Shown one piece after another: positions 18,888 through 28,279 of a DNA stretch of 64,000 nt; the stretch's first letter is position 1, and every line of letters begins with the position of its first letter. The stretch is from an uncultured bacterium. GTDB lineage: Bacteria > Krumholzibacteriota > Krumholzibacteriia > Krumholzibacteriales > Krumholzibacteriaceae. The stretch lies in the NCBI GenBank assembly GCA_963846325.1, contig CAWJVO010000009.1, positions 251,083 to 315,082 on the forward strand, given 5' to 3'. Below the pieces are notes generated by a model that was not told where the DNA came from, made no database searches, and was given only the letters and a program-made list of their open reading frames with translations. The position numbers and the translations under genes were made by a program.

Positions 18888-21019
18888 GCCTTCCTCAATA
18901 TCCATTCGATTCCGAGGAGCAGGACGATGCCCGCGAGAATCGCGGCGTTTCCGCGAACCTCCCGGGTATCCCTCCGTTCGACGCGCCGATCGGAGAGATT
19001 CAATCGCCGGGGGAGCGAGTCGAGACCGGCGCCCTCGAGATATGAGCCGCCCGTGTCCCTCGCGATCCTTTCGAGGAGGGAGGCATTCCGCGACGGGTCG
19101 AGGAGCTCGACCGATACGCCCGCGACGGAGAAGGAGGCCGCCGCCGAGATTCCGCTCCCGGAACCGCTCGTTTCCGAAACGGTCACGGCGTAATCGCCGG
19201 GGGGCAGCGGATCGAGCGCCGCGCGGTAGTACCCCCGCCGCTTCGGATCGGGCTCGAAGGCGACGGTGCTCACGGAAACGTCGCGGCCCTCCCCTTTTCT
19301 TCGCACCTCTCCCCGTATCCCTTCGGGAGGGCGCCTGCTCCCGATATACGCGCCGAGCTTCACGCGATCTCCGGTGCGATAGACGGTCCGGTCCGGATCG
19401 ACCGCGAGCGCGGGCGCGCCCGCGCCTTCGGCAAGGCTCTGCACGAGCCCGCCGAAAAACGATTCGTATACCTTCCGCCCCTCCTCTCCGGCGAGCTTCC
19501 ATCTCCAGAGAGGAAAACCGAGAACGGCGCCCGAGAGCCCTTCGCCGGACCGCCCGAGGACGAGAAAGGGCGTCCTCGCTCCGCGATCCTCGAGAACGAG
19601 CGGTATCCGCGATCCCGAAGCCGCCGCGAGTCCCGCGATCCTCGCCGTGAGCGGCGGCATGGCGTCGAGACCTCCGTCCTCGGCGAGGCTCGAAACGATC
19701 GCGTCGCCGGCTCCCTCCGCCGAAACCCGGGCGAAGCCCTCCGCGTACTCGATCCTCGGACCGGATGTGCGCCTGAGGCCCAATACCGGCTGAAGCAGAT
19801 CGAACGACACCCCCCTCGCGAGGGGGGAATTCTCGTCCGCGACGAAGAGAACGCTTCCGCCCGCCTTGACGAACGCGTCGAGAGCCTCCGCGTTCGGCCG
19901 CGCGTCGAAGAGCTTCGCGTCGTCGGAGACGATCACGAGATCGTACCTCCCGATCCCCGCCGCGCCCGCGGCGAACGTCCATGGCGCGTTCCCGGGATCG
20001 ACGGCGAAACCCCCGCCCGCCTTCCATGAAACGGTTTCGACTTCGAGCCGTTTCGAGCCCTTGACGAGATCCCGGACGAACGTCATGTTCCAGTCGGGAT
20101 ATTGATCGATATAGAGAATCCGCACCTTGTCCTTGAGGACGTCGAGCCTGAACGATTCGACGTTGTTTTCCCGGTGCTCCTCCCCCGCGAGGGGCAGCGC
20201 CTCCACCGAGAGCCGGCGCTCCCCTTCGGCGTCCGCCGCATAGTCGAGGGTGACGCCGATTATCTCGTCGTCCTTCTTCACCGTCAGATTCGCGCTGTCC
20301 TTGATCCGTTCCCCCTCGAGAAGGCGCACGACGATCGTCGCGCCCTTGAAACCCGCGGCGCGGATAACCGCCTCGACGGGGACGGTCGTTCCGCGGTAGC
20401 CGACGCGGTCCGCCGCGATTTCCTCGATGGAGACGTCGGCCGCGGCGATCGTATCGCCGAACCCGACCGCATGGACCGGCGCCGCGACGGGCTCGCCCGA
20501 GGAGACCATTCCGCGCGTGACCCGGCCGTCCGTGAGGATCACGATTGCGGCGGGATTCCGGGAACGGTACCTTCTCTGCACGGCTCCGAGAGCCCCCCAA
20601 ATGTCCGTGCCCTCCCCGTCGGCCCTGACCGCGCTGTCCGCGCGGAGCGGATCGCTCGAAAGCGCGTCCGCGAAGGGCACGACCTCGACCTCCGCTTTCG
20701 CGCTCTCGAGAGCGGCGCGAAACCGCGCGAGGCGCCCGAGGGCGTCGTCGAATCTCGATTTTCCCGACGAATCCCTGATTTCCATGCTGCGGGAGCGATC
20801 GAGAAGAACGAGCACGAGCGGTTTTCTGATCTCGACCCTTTTCGAGATGAACACGGGATTGACGAGAAGAAGAGCGAGGAGAGCGAACGCCCCGATCCTC
20901 ATCGCGGCGAGGAGCGCGCGACGAACGAAGGGAAGGGGCGGGAACGTCCTTCGATACAGAATGAACGTGAGCGCCGCGAGCGCCGCGGCGACCGGTATTT
21001 TCCAGGGCTCGAGATGCAT
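18872..21019 (-). CDS. BatA-like membrane protein with von Willebrand factor A domain
   Basis: Two N-terminal TM helices are followed by a vWA MIDAS-like motif (VLVLLDRSRSMEI...ILTDGR). A C-terminal TM is present (ILAGIVLLLGIEWIL). The start is taken at the internal Met MHLEPWKIPVAAALAAL. Confidence 0.65.
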   Translation of the reverse strand: MHLEPWKIPVAAALAALTFILYRRTFPPLPFVRRALLAAMRIGAFALLALLLVNPVFISKRVEIRKPLVLVLLDRSRSMEIRDSSGKSRFDDALGRLARFRAALESAKAEVEVVPFADALSSDPLRADSAVRADGEGTDIWGALGAVQRRYRSRNPAAIVILTDGRVTRGMVSSGEPVAAPVHAVGFGDTIAAADVSIEEIAADRVGYRGTTVPVEAVIRAAGFKGATIVVRLLEGERIKDSANLTVKKDDEIIGVTLDYAADAEGERRLSVEALPLAGEEHRENNVESFRLDVLKDKVRILYIDQYPDWNMTFVRDLVKGSKRLEVETVSWKAGGGFAVDPGNAPWTFAAGAAGIGRYDLVIVSDDAKLFDARPNAEALDAFVKAGGSVLFVADENSPLARGVSFDLLQPVLGLRRTSGPRIEYAEGFARVSAEGAGDAIVSSLAEDGGLDAMPPLTARIAGLAAASGSRIPLVLEDRGARTPFLVLGRSGEGLSGAVLGFPLWRWKLAGEEGRKVYESFFGGLVQSLAEGAGAPALAVDPDRTVYRTGDRVKLGAYIGSRRPPEGIRGEVRRKGEGRDVSVSTVAFEPDPKRRGYYRAALDPLPPGDYAVTVSETSGSGSGISAAASFSVAGVSVELLDPSRNASLLERIARDTGGSYLEGAGLDSLPRRLNLSDRRVERRDTREVRGNAAILAGIVLLLGIEWILRKAWGLV

Positions 21020-21163
21020 CGGCTTCTCCCTCGCGCGCGGCCGTCGATGCATGCTAGCAGAGAGAGGAGCCGGCGTCAAAATCGAAAGACCGATTCGCAG
21101 CCCGGGGCGGGCGAATAGTGAACGTCCGGGGACGGCGCGGCGCACCGGCGGGAAGAGAGAGAG

Positions 21164-21622
21164 CTATTCGGTCTTGTGCCCCGGCGAGGTCACGACCCGG
21201 GCGCCTTTGCCGTCCGAAGCCGGATTTTCGCCGGAATCGACGGACTTCGCTCCGGCGTCCCCCGAGGCCTTCCGGTAGCTCTTCACGGCCTCGTCGACCG
21301 TATCGAAGCTCTGGAGAATGGTCTGGAACTCGAGCAGCTCGAAAACTTCGTAGACGTCGCCGATCATCGCCGCGAGCCTCAGATCGCCGCCGTTCTCTCG
21401 AATCGACTTGATCTCGCTGATGAATATGCCCCAGCCGGCCGAACTGATGTAGTTCACGCCGCCGAGGTCTATGACGATATTGTAGCGGCCCTTCTTGAGA
21501 AGCCTCTTCATGCTCTCTTCGAGCTCGGCCGATGTGGTAGTATCCACGTACCCCTGAACGGACAGCACCGACACATCCGCGTTCTCCTCGGGTCTCGAAA
21601 AAGATACGTTGATCCCTTCCAT
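21164..21622 (-). CDS. STAS-domain anti-sigma-factor antagonist (SpoIIAA/RsbV-like)
   Basis: The STAS phospho-serine motif is present (IVIDLGGVNYISSAGWGIFISE). Confidence 0.8.
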   Translation of the reverse strand: MEGINVSFSRPEENADVSVLSVQGYVDTTTSAELEESMKRLLKKGRYNIVIDLGGVNYISSAGWGIFISEIKSIRENGGDLRLAAMIGDVYEVFELLEFQTILQSFDTVDEAVKSYRKASGDAGAKSVDSGENPASDGKGARVVTSPGHKTE

Positions 21623-21649
21623 ACCAACCTCGTTTCTATAGCCCTTTCA

Positions 21650-22022
21650 TCAATCCTGAATCCTTGTATTCTGATGCAAAGCGAAGGCGGCGAGCGCCTC
21701 TTCCTTCGAATTATACGGCGTCAGGAGCGTATTGAACTCGAGAAGATCGAATACCTCCCGCACGTCGACGTGCATCGACGCGAGCTTGATGTCCCCGTTC
21801 CGCTGCCTGATTCCCTTGATCTCCCCGACGAAAATGCCCCATCCCGCGGAGCTGATGTATTCCACGTCGCCGAGATCGGCGACGATCCGCACGCTGTTCG
21901 ACGAAACGAGATCGTTGAACTTGTCCTCGAGGAACTGCGCCGTGCCCGAGTCGACGATCCCGCGCAATTTCAGGACGACGACGTTATCAACGAAATCTTC
22001 ATCTATAACGAGCTTGTCCATA
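21650..22022 (-). CDS. STAS-domain anti-sigma-factor antagonist (second stand-alone copy)
   Basis: The motif IVADLGDVEYISSAGWGIFVGE is present. The likely start is MDKLVIDEDF. Confidence 0.8.
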
Positions 22023-22066
22023 AATCTGCCGGTCCTCTCCTGTGCCCACCCCGATACTAGCAAACT

Positions 22067-23185
22067 TCAGTCCAATAGTGCCTTAAGGAGGATAAATATG
22101 CCTTGCCGGTCGTTCTCGGACAACCGGAGATTCTTCTGGGCCTTTTGATAGCTCGTGTTTATTTCGAGCGCTTTTCGGAAGGCTTTGCTCGCCATGTCCA
22201 TGTAAATCTTGCATTTTGCAGTATAGAGAATGCCAAGGCTGTTGTGACCGTCCGCGAAGGTCGGGTTCTGGTCGACGATCTCCCGCACGCGGTCGAGATA
22301 TCTCTCGATCTCCTCCTCCTGGAACTCCTCCCCTTCATAGATCAGCATCATGTAGAGATCGAGAATGATGTCGTCGATGCCGCCGCGGATCGACGGCTGC
22401 TTCGCCGACTCGAGAACCCCGTAGGCGCCGTCGTAATCCTTCCCCCTGAAGAGCGCCCGCGCTTCCTCGATGCGATCGTGCATGAGATACGGATCGAGCT
22501 GCTCGGCGCGCTCGAGGCTGCCCAGAAAGGTCTCGTCGAGGTCGCGCGACAGCTCGTAATCCTCCTTCACGATGGTATTGAGGAGAAACGCGCGCGCGAG
22601 ATTGAGGTACGGCTCGCCGTAGTAGAGGTTGAGCTCGATGGCCCGCTTGAAGCACTCGATCGCCGGCTTGCACTTCTGCTGCTTGAGATGAATCTTGCCG
22701 AGAAGGTTGTGCATGTCGGGATAATCCGGCGTTCTCTCGAGGCCGGTCCGCGTCGCCTCGAACGCTCTCTCGAAATCCCCCATCTCGTAGTACGATTCTC
22801 CGATGATCATGCCGGACAGGGAATCCTTGTTCCCCTTCTTGACCGATTTCAGCGCTTCCTGGATCGCTTCGTCATAGAGATGCCGCTTGAACAGCGCCTG
22901 GGCGATTCTGAGATGAGGTTTCGGATCCTCCGAGGAACGGATCCGCCCGCTCACGTCGAGAATGAGCATGAATTTCCGCTTGTTCTCGAGATGCGCTTCC
23001 TTCGTCTCGCGGCGCGCGTCGTCGGGCGTCCCTTTGCCGTCGACTTCCGTCTGAACCGTATCGAAGAGGACTCCGTCCTTGAAGAACGAGCTCTGAATGA
23101 CGCCCTTCTTCATCAGGAGACTCGTCTGGAGGAAATATTTCTTTCCTCCATGATCGATCTCTTCTCTCAATTCGAAACTGGTCAC
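22067..23185 (-). CDS. TPR-repeat protein
   Basis: Multiple tetratricopeptide-like helices are visible (AIECFKRAIELNLYYGEPYLNLARAF, AFRKALEINTSYQKAQKNL). The length is 372 aa. Confidence 0.75.
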   Translation of the reverse strand: MTSFELREEIDHGGKKYFLQTSLLMKKGVIQSSFFKDGVLFDTVQTEVDGKGTPDDARRETKEAHLENKRKFMLILDVSGRIRSSEDPKPHLRIAQALFKRHLYDEAIQEALKSVKKGNKDSLSGMIIGESYYEMGDFERAFEATRTGLERTPDYPDMHNLLGKIHLKQQKCKPAIECFKRAIELNLYYGEPYLNLARAFLLNTIVKEDYELSRDLDETFLGSLERAEQLDPYLMHDRIEEARALFRGKDYDGAYGVLESAKQPSIRGGIDDIILDLYMMLIYEGEEFQEEEIERYLDRVREIVDQNPTFADGHNSLGILYTAKCKIYMDMASKAFRKALEINTSYQKAQKNLRLSENDRQGIFILLKALLD

Positions 23186-23236
23186 TGTGCCTTCTTTCGG
23201 GCGAGGCGCCCTTCCGCGCGCGGGCGGGAGCGGACG

Positions 23237-24012
23237 CTAGAGACCCGGCGCCGCTTCCACGACATCCTCATGCGAACGTTCGAGACCGAGGATTTCCTCG
23301 GTGAGATGATAATAATCGAACGCGCCCCGCGAAAGCGGCGCGTGCTCGAATACCGTCTTGTTCTGGCCGGGCGCCTCGCGGATCGCGGCGTTCATCCGTA
23401 TGATCGTCGTGAAGATCCGCTCCCCGAAGCGCTCGCGCAGATCGCCGAGCATCTGGTGCGACAGCCGGACGCGGGAATCGTAGAACGTGGGAAGCAGCCT
23501 GAACGATATGGGCTTCCGGCTGTTGAGAGTCTGGATCTCCTCGATGATCCCCGCCGTTTGCTCCGCGCCCGCCCGCGAGAGGTAATCCATGGAGACCGGA
23601 ATGATGACCTCGTCGCAATAGGCCAGCGCGTTGATGTTGATGAGATTGAGGGACGGAGAGCAGTCGCATATCACGTAGTCGCATCCCTTGAGGTGCTTGA
23701 GCGAGTCCGCCAGCCGGCGCTCGCGGTGTTCCCGCGCCCCGAGCTTGAGCTCGACTTCCGCGAGCTTGCGCCCCCCCGAGTCGATGAAGAAGAGATTGTC
23801 GCGAACCTGGAGGATGTCGACCTCGCCCGACGTCAGAAGATCGGCGAGCCCCCGGGGACTCTCGACGCCGAAGGTGACCGCGACGCTCCTCTGCGGATCG
23901 CAATCGATGAGCAGGATGCGCCGCCCGGACAGCGAGAGGCCGTGGGCGAGGCTGACCGCCGTCGTGGTCTTGCCCGTCCCCCCTTCATCGTCATGATCGC
24001 GTACCGCTTCAT
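23237..24012 (-). CDS. ParA/MinD-like P-loop ATPase, apparently frameshifted at a G6 run in the Walker-A codons
   Basis: The ATG at 24012 gives MKRYAIMTMKGG, after which the frame is lost. The -1 frame continues GGTGKTTTAVSLAHGLSLSGRRILLIDCDPQ...CDCSPSLNL and reaches 23237. One extra G in the C/G run at 23978-23983 would restore MKRYAIMTMKGGTGKTTT. Confidence 0.65.
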
Positions 24013-24016
24013 AGGC

Positions 24017-27000
24017 CTATTTCTTCCGGTGCTTCGGGTTCTGTTCCGACTCCGAGAGCTTCTTCCCGTATTCCTCCCACCCCAGCTTCTTGATGCGGCG
24101 ATCCTTGTCCTCGCGCACGTCCGTGCGCTGCTTGAAATCGATGAAGATGACCTTCTCCTCTTCCTTCACGGTCTTGAGCGGTTCGAGAGGAATGATGTCG
24201 GCCTTGCCGAGCAGCGCGGAAGCGAGGTCCTGCCCCGCATCCTCCCGTTCGGCCGGACCGCCGGAGACGGATTCTTCCTTTTTCGGGCGGCTCTTCGCCC
24301 CCGCCTGCGCTATCTTCTCCCGGCGCGCGGCCTCCCCGAGCTTCTTCGGAAGCCTGAGCTCCTCGAGCGCGCGCTCGAGCGTCCCGAAATGCGGAATGAG
24401 CGGCTCGAAGCCGAGATCCCTGAATATCTTGAGTATCGTCGAATTCATCCCCGCGAGCGCGAGCGCGCCTCCCGAGGCCCCCAGCTTCTGCATATACTTG
24501 ACGACGATGCCCCATCCGCTGCTGCTGATATATACCATATCGGACAGATCGAGCACAAGGTGAGCGGGATCCTCGGCGAGGCACTGCTCGAGCCTGCTCT
24601 CGAGCTCGTCGGAAGTCGAGGAATCGACCGCCCCGGCGATCGAGAACACGACGATTCCCTTCGGGCCTTCCTTCGCTTTCGCCACGCCGATGGCGAGTCC
24701 CGGTTCTTCGGGCTCCGCGCCGATCGATCCGCCGGAAACCGGCTGAACGGGCTTCCCGGCCTCCTCCGTATCGACCGCGTCTCCGGAGATCGCTCCGTCC
24801 GGCGACGGAACCTTGAAATTCTCGATCGCTTCGCCGAGGACGCCGAACGACCGCATGATGGAATCGAATCCGAGCATGTGGAAGATGCTGTGCACCTCTT
24901 CATCCATGCCGAATATCTTGAAGTCTCCCCCGCGCGCCCGGATATCCTTTATTCTCGACGCGAAGACGCCCCACCCGCTCGAGCTCACGTATTCCACGCG
25001 CGACATATCGACGACGAGCTTCACGATGCCCCGGTCGACGAAGCTGTCCAGAACCGAGCGGAGCTTGACGCAGCTCACCGTGTCGATGACGCCGTCGAGG
25101 GAGAGGATCGTGATCTCGCCGCGATCGCCGACGGTTCCCGCTTCGATCTTGAGGGCCGTCCAGGGAGCCTCTTCGTCCTGAACGTCGAGAATCTCGGGAG
25201 CTCCGGGCGATTCGGAAGCCTGTCTGACCTCGACGGGCTTGAGCGCCGCCCGCCGCCGCGACACCTCTTCGAGCTTGTTCCGGCGCTCGACGAGCGGCAA
25301 GGCGACGTATTCGACCGCCGCTTCGACGTCCGCGAACTGCATGATGATCTCCTGGAAGCCGAGCAGCTCGTAGATATCGTACACTTCGCTCGTCATGCCG
25401 GCGAGGACGACGTCTCCGTCCCCCTCCCTGAGAGATTTCACCCTTCCCGTGAATATCCCCCAACCGCCGCTCGAAATATAGGTCACGTCCTTGAGGTCGA
25501 CGATGATCTTCCGATAGCCGTACTCGTAGACGCTTTCGAGGATACCTTCGAGCTCTCCCGCCGAAGAGGAATCGAGATGCCCCTTGACCCGGAGAACGAC
25601 GATCCCTCCCTCGAGCTCCTCCGAAGCGACCTCCACGGCGCGCCCCTCGCCCGACCCGAACTCCGGGTCCCGCGCGATACTCCGGTCGCGCGCGCGCGTG
25701 GGCACGGGTTTCGCCGGGCGGGCCGCCCGAGCAGGGCGCGGAGCGGGCGCTTCCTCGATCTCCGGTTCCCCGGGAATCGAAGCGATCCCTTCTCCGGCGG
25801 CGAGCTTGAACGCGTCCGGCTCCGCGCGCACCTGCGCGGCCAGCAGCGCCTTGAACTGCTCGTCGGTGATGATCTTGTTGCGGCGGAGGTACTCGAGCCT
25901 CAGATCGTACGTGTTGAGACGGATGCGTTTGAGCTCGTCGTAGACGATCGCCTGGGTGAGGCGCTCCTTCTCCTCCCGCCCTTCGTTGAACAAGTCCGCG
26001 ATCTTCTTCGCGCCGTACTTCGGATTCTTCCTGATGATCTCGAGTATGCCCTTGCGCTGCTCGAGGCTCACCCGTTTGATGTCGTCCTCTTTTCGAAGCG
26101 TCTTGTCCTGAAGCCCCCGGTCGCCCATCTCGACGACGCGCTTCTTGTAGCGATAATAGGTCGACGGCGAAACCTTCATCATGCGGCACGCCTCGGCGAC
26201 GGGGATCCCCTGGATCTCGACAAGATCGAGGAGCTTCTTGCGGATGCCGAAGAGCACCTCGTCCGCCATGAGCTTTTCCTTGATCGCGACGACGGTGATG
26301 TCGTCGTTCTGCGGCATGTCTCCGGTGAACTCCTTGATCGCCGCGCTCAGCCGATCGATGAACTCCTGCGGGGTGAGCTTTCCGCTCGCCTTGATGAGCT
26401 GAAGGAGACGCTCCTCGCCGTACTGAGCTCGATCGACGTTCATCGCTTCCGTGACGCCGTCGGTGTAGATGACGAGCATGTCGTCTTTTTTCAGCTTGAT
26501 CTTCTCGACGTCGATCGAGCGGCGAAACAGCGTATCGTCGGGAAGGCTGATCCCGACGGGGAATCCACGGGGATTGAGGAAATAGGTCTCGTCCGTCTCC
26601 GCGCGGTACAGAATCATCGGATTGTGCCCCGCGCTCGCGTAGCTGATGATCCGGTTCTTCGAGTCGAGAATCGAATAGAAGATCGTGACGAACATTCCCT
26701 TCTTCATATCCTCCGTCACGAAGTCGTTCATGCGGGCCATGACCTCGGCGGCGGAGTAGTTGCCGCGCGCTTCCATTCTGAGCGCGGTTCGTATCATCGT
26801 CATGACGAGCGATCCGGGCACCCCCTTGCCGGAGACGTCCGCCACGACGACGCCGAGCGTATCGTCGTCGACTTTCACGAAGTCGTAGTAATCCCCGCCG
26901 ACCTCCTTCGCGGCCTTGTAGTAGCTCGCGATGTCGTAGCCGCCGATCTCGGGCACCTTCTTCGGCAGGAGGGTGTGCTGGATCTCCTGGGCGACCTGCA

Positions 27001-28279
27001 TCTCCTTCTGGAGGCGCTCCTGCTCGACGACGTTCTTCTGCGCCGCGCGGAACTTCGAGGTGATTTCGTTGAACGCCCGCGCGATCTCGCCGATCTCCTT
27101 GGGGCCTTCGATCTTGAGCTCGTCGTTGAGCGATCCCTCGCCGATCGCCCGCACGCCGTCGGTGAGCGCCTGGATAGGCCGGACGAAAACCGCGATGAGA
27201 AGGTACAGGAGCGCGACGCCCGCGGCGAACACGCCGATGAGAAGCAGCGTCATCATCGGCCTCGGATCGACCAAATCCTCGACGACCGCGGCGATCGAGA
27301 CACCCATGACGATCCTGCCGATCGGTTCGGCGTTGGCCCGCTGCGTCCCCGCCCGGTACACGGGCTGATGAAACTCCCTGACCGCGCCGACTCCCGGCAT
27401 TTGAACGGTCCGCGACAGGCCTCCCTGCGCGAGCGCTTCCGTTCCGGCCGGAATGTCGTACGCCGCGAGGAGCTCGTCGACGTCGCTCGTGGCGACGACG
27501 ATCCCGTCGCCGTCGACGAGCCTGATATATTTCGTTTCGGGATACTTTTTGAGCTGCTTGATGAAGGTTTCGTTCAGGCGCATGCGCTCGACCGAGAACT
27601 GATCCTCGCCGAGAGCGTTTTCGCTCGCCGCGGCGATATTCTCGGCGACGGACTTGCGCTGGAGCCACACCTGCGCGTACCGCCCGCGAACCTCCTGCGT
27701 CTGTCGATAGAACAGGATCGACCAGAGAAATACGATGAGCCCGAGAAGACCGAGCGTCGCGCGAAGCGCGAACTTGAAGCGGAGCGTCGAAGTCCACCGG
27801 GGCTTCATGAGCGAGGCGAAGAGCGGTCTCTGGGCGACCGAAACGGCCGAGCTCTTCGCCATGTAGAGCCGGTTGCCCCCCGGCGCGGCCGAATAGCTGA
27901 GCGTGTCCATGAGCCGGTTCATGAGGTAGATGCCGAGTCCGCCCTTTTTCCCGATTTCGACGTAGAGATCGAGATCCGGCTCTTTCACTTTCGACCAGTC
28001 GAACGGCTCCCCTCTGTCGAAGATGTTGATCTCGATCTTCCCCGGCTCGGCCTGGACGTCGATCCTGACGTCCCCCACCTTGTCCCGGTACGCGTGCTTG
28101 ATGATGTTCGTGCACGCCTCGTCCACGGCGAGCTTCGTGTTGTTGGTCTCGCTCTTCGAGAAGCCCGCGCGATCGCAGACATCGGCGATGAAGTCCCTGA
28201 CCTCGCTCAGGTTGTTCTCGTCGGCGGGCACCTCGAGATGGAACGTTTCGCGATCGGTGAGGAGACCTTTCTTCTTCAC
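24017..28279 (-). CDS. 1420-aa multidomain membrane signalling protein: RsbW-type kinase + 2TM sensor + HAMP + PP2C phosphatase + HTH pair + 3 STAS domains
   Basis: A single uninterrupted ORF with a GTG start that overlaps the upstream stop as GTGA. See the domain sub-features below. An alternative Arg-rich frame and the long antisense ORF were rejected. Confidence 0.85.
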   Translation of the reverse strand: MKKKGLLTDRETFHLEVPADENNLSEVRDFIADVCDRAGFSKSETNNTKLAVDEACTNIIKHAYRDKVGDVRIDVQAEPGKIEINIFDRGEPFDWSKVKEPDLDLYVEIGKKGGLGIYLMNRLMDTLSYSAAPGGNRLYMAKSSAVSVAQRPLFASLMKPRWTSTLRFKFALRATLGLLGLIVFLWSILFYRQTQEVRGRYAQVWLQRKSVAENIAAASENALGEDQFSVERMRLNETFIKQLKKYPETKYIRLVDGDGIVVATSDVDELLAAYDIPAGTEALAQGGLSRTVQMPGVGAVREFHQPVYRAGTQRANAEPIGRIVMGVSIAAVVEDLVDPRPMMTLLLIGVFAAGVALLYLLIAVFVRPIQALTDGVRAIGEGSLNDELKIEGPKEIGEIARAFNEITSKFRAAQKNVVEQERLQKEMQVAQEIQHTLLPKKVPEIGGYDIASYYKAAKEVGGDYYDFVKVDDDTLGVVVADVSGKGVPGSLVMTMIRTALRMEARGNYSAAEVMARMNDFVTEDMKKGMFVTIFYSILDSKNRIISYASAGHNPMILYRAETDETYFLNPRGFPVGISLPDDTLFRRSIDVEKIKLKKDDMLVIYTDGVTEAMNVDRAQYGEERLLQLIKASGKLTPQEFIDRLSAAIKEFTGDMPQNDDITVVAIKEKLMADEVLFGIRKKLLDLVEIQGIPVAEACRMMKVSPSTYYRYKKRVVEMGDRGLQDKTLRKEDDIKRVSLEQRKGILEIIRKNPKYGAKKIADLFNEGREEKERLTQAIVYDELKRIRLNTYDLRLEYLRRNKIITDEQFKALLAAQVRAEPDAFKLAAGEGIASIPGEPEIEEAPAPRPARAARPAKPVPTRARDRSIARDPEFGSGEGRAVEVASEELEGGIVVLRVKGHLDSSSAGELEGILESVYEYGYRKIIVDLKDVTYISSGGWGIFTGRVKSLREGDGDVVLAGMTSEVYDIYELLGFQEIIMQFADVEAAVEYVALPLVERRNKLEEVSRRRAALKPVEVRQASESPGAPEILDVQDEEAPWTALKIEAGTVGDRGEITILSLDGVIDTVSCVKLRSVLDSFVDRGIVKLVVDMSRVEYVSSSGWGVFASRIKDIRARGGDFKIFGMDEEVHSIFHMLGFDSIMRSFGVLGEAIENFKVPSPDGAISGDAVDTEEAGKPVQPVSGGSIGAEPEEPGLAIGVAKAKEGPKGIVVFSIAGAVDSSTSDELESRLEQCLAEDPAHLVLDLSDMVYISSSGWGIVVKYMQKLGASGGALALAGMNSTILKIFRDLGFEPLIPHFGTLERALEELRLPKKLGEAARREKIAQAGAKSRPKKEESVSGGPAEREDAGQDLASALLGKADIIPLEPLKTVKEEEKVIFIDFKQRTDVREDKDRRIKKLGWEEYGKKLSESEQNPKHRKK
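24365..25624 (-). other. domains: three tandem STAS (anti-sigma antagonist) domains
   Basis: The phospho-Ser motifs are VTYISSGGWGIF, VEYVSSSGWGVF and MVYISSSGWGIV. Each lies in a module of about 105 aa. They are separated by Pro/Ala/Glu-rich linkers. Confidence 0.75.
25880..26233 (-). other. domain: transposase-type helix-turn-helix pair (HTH_28 / IS630-Tnp-like)
   Basis: The motif IPVAEACRMMKVSPSTYYRYKKRV is followed by RKGILEIIRKNPKYGAKKIADLFNEG. It resembles the N-terminal DNA-binding modules of IS630/IS3-family transposases. No catalytic domain is present. Confidence 0.45.
26276..26992 (-). other. domain: PP2C-type Ser/Thr phosphatase (SpoIIE/RsbU-like)
   Basis: The SpoIIE-like motifs are GGDYYDF, ADVSGKGVPGSLVM, ASAGHNP and YTDGVTEA. 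It covers aa 430-668. Confidence 0.75.
27020..27760 (-). other. domain: TM1 - extracytoplasmic sensor region - TM2 - HAMP
   Basis: TM1 is LGLLGLIVFLWSILFY. A hydrophilic segment of about 150 aa follows. TM2 is MMTLLLIGVFAAGVALLYLLIAVFV. HAMP-like heptads then follow (IQALTDGVRAIGEGSLNDELKIEG...IARAFNEIT). Confidence 0.6.
27860..28222 (-). other. domain: HATPase_c anti-sigma-factor Ser/Thr kinase (RsbW/SpoIIAB-like)
   Basis: The N-box is EACTNIIKHAY and the G-boxes are DRGEPFD and GGLGIYLM. It covers aa 20-140 of the 24017-28279 protein. Confidence 0.75.

Noticed and set aside
17592-20600. The 1002-aa track ORF that merges the vWA and TlpA-like regions.
   Set aside because: The N-terminal two-thirds are an Arg/Gly-rich wrong frame of the vWA gene. 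Only the C-terminal part of about 430 aa, from MKGFGNVS, is the real redoxin gene.
25880-26233. The transposase-like HTH, which could point to an insertion sequence.
   Set aside because: Only the DNA-binding module is present. It is in frame inside a larger protein, with no DDE catalytic domain, inverted repeats or target duplication. It is not a mobile element.
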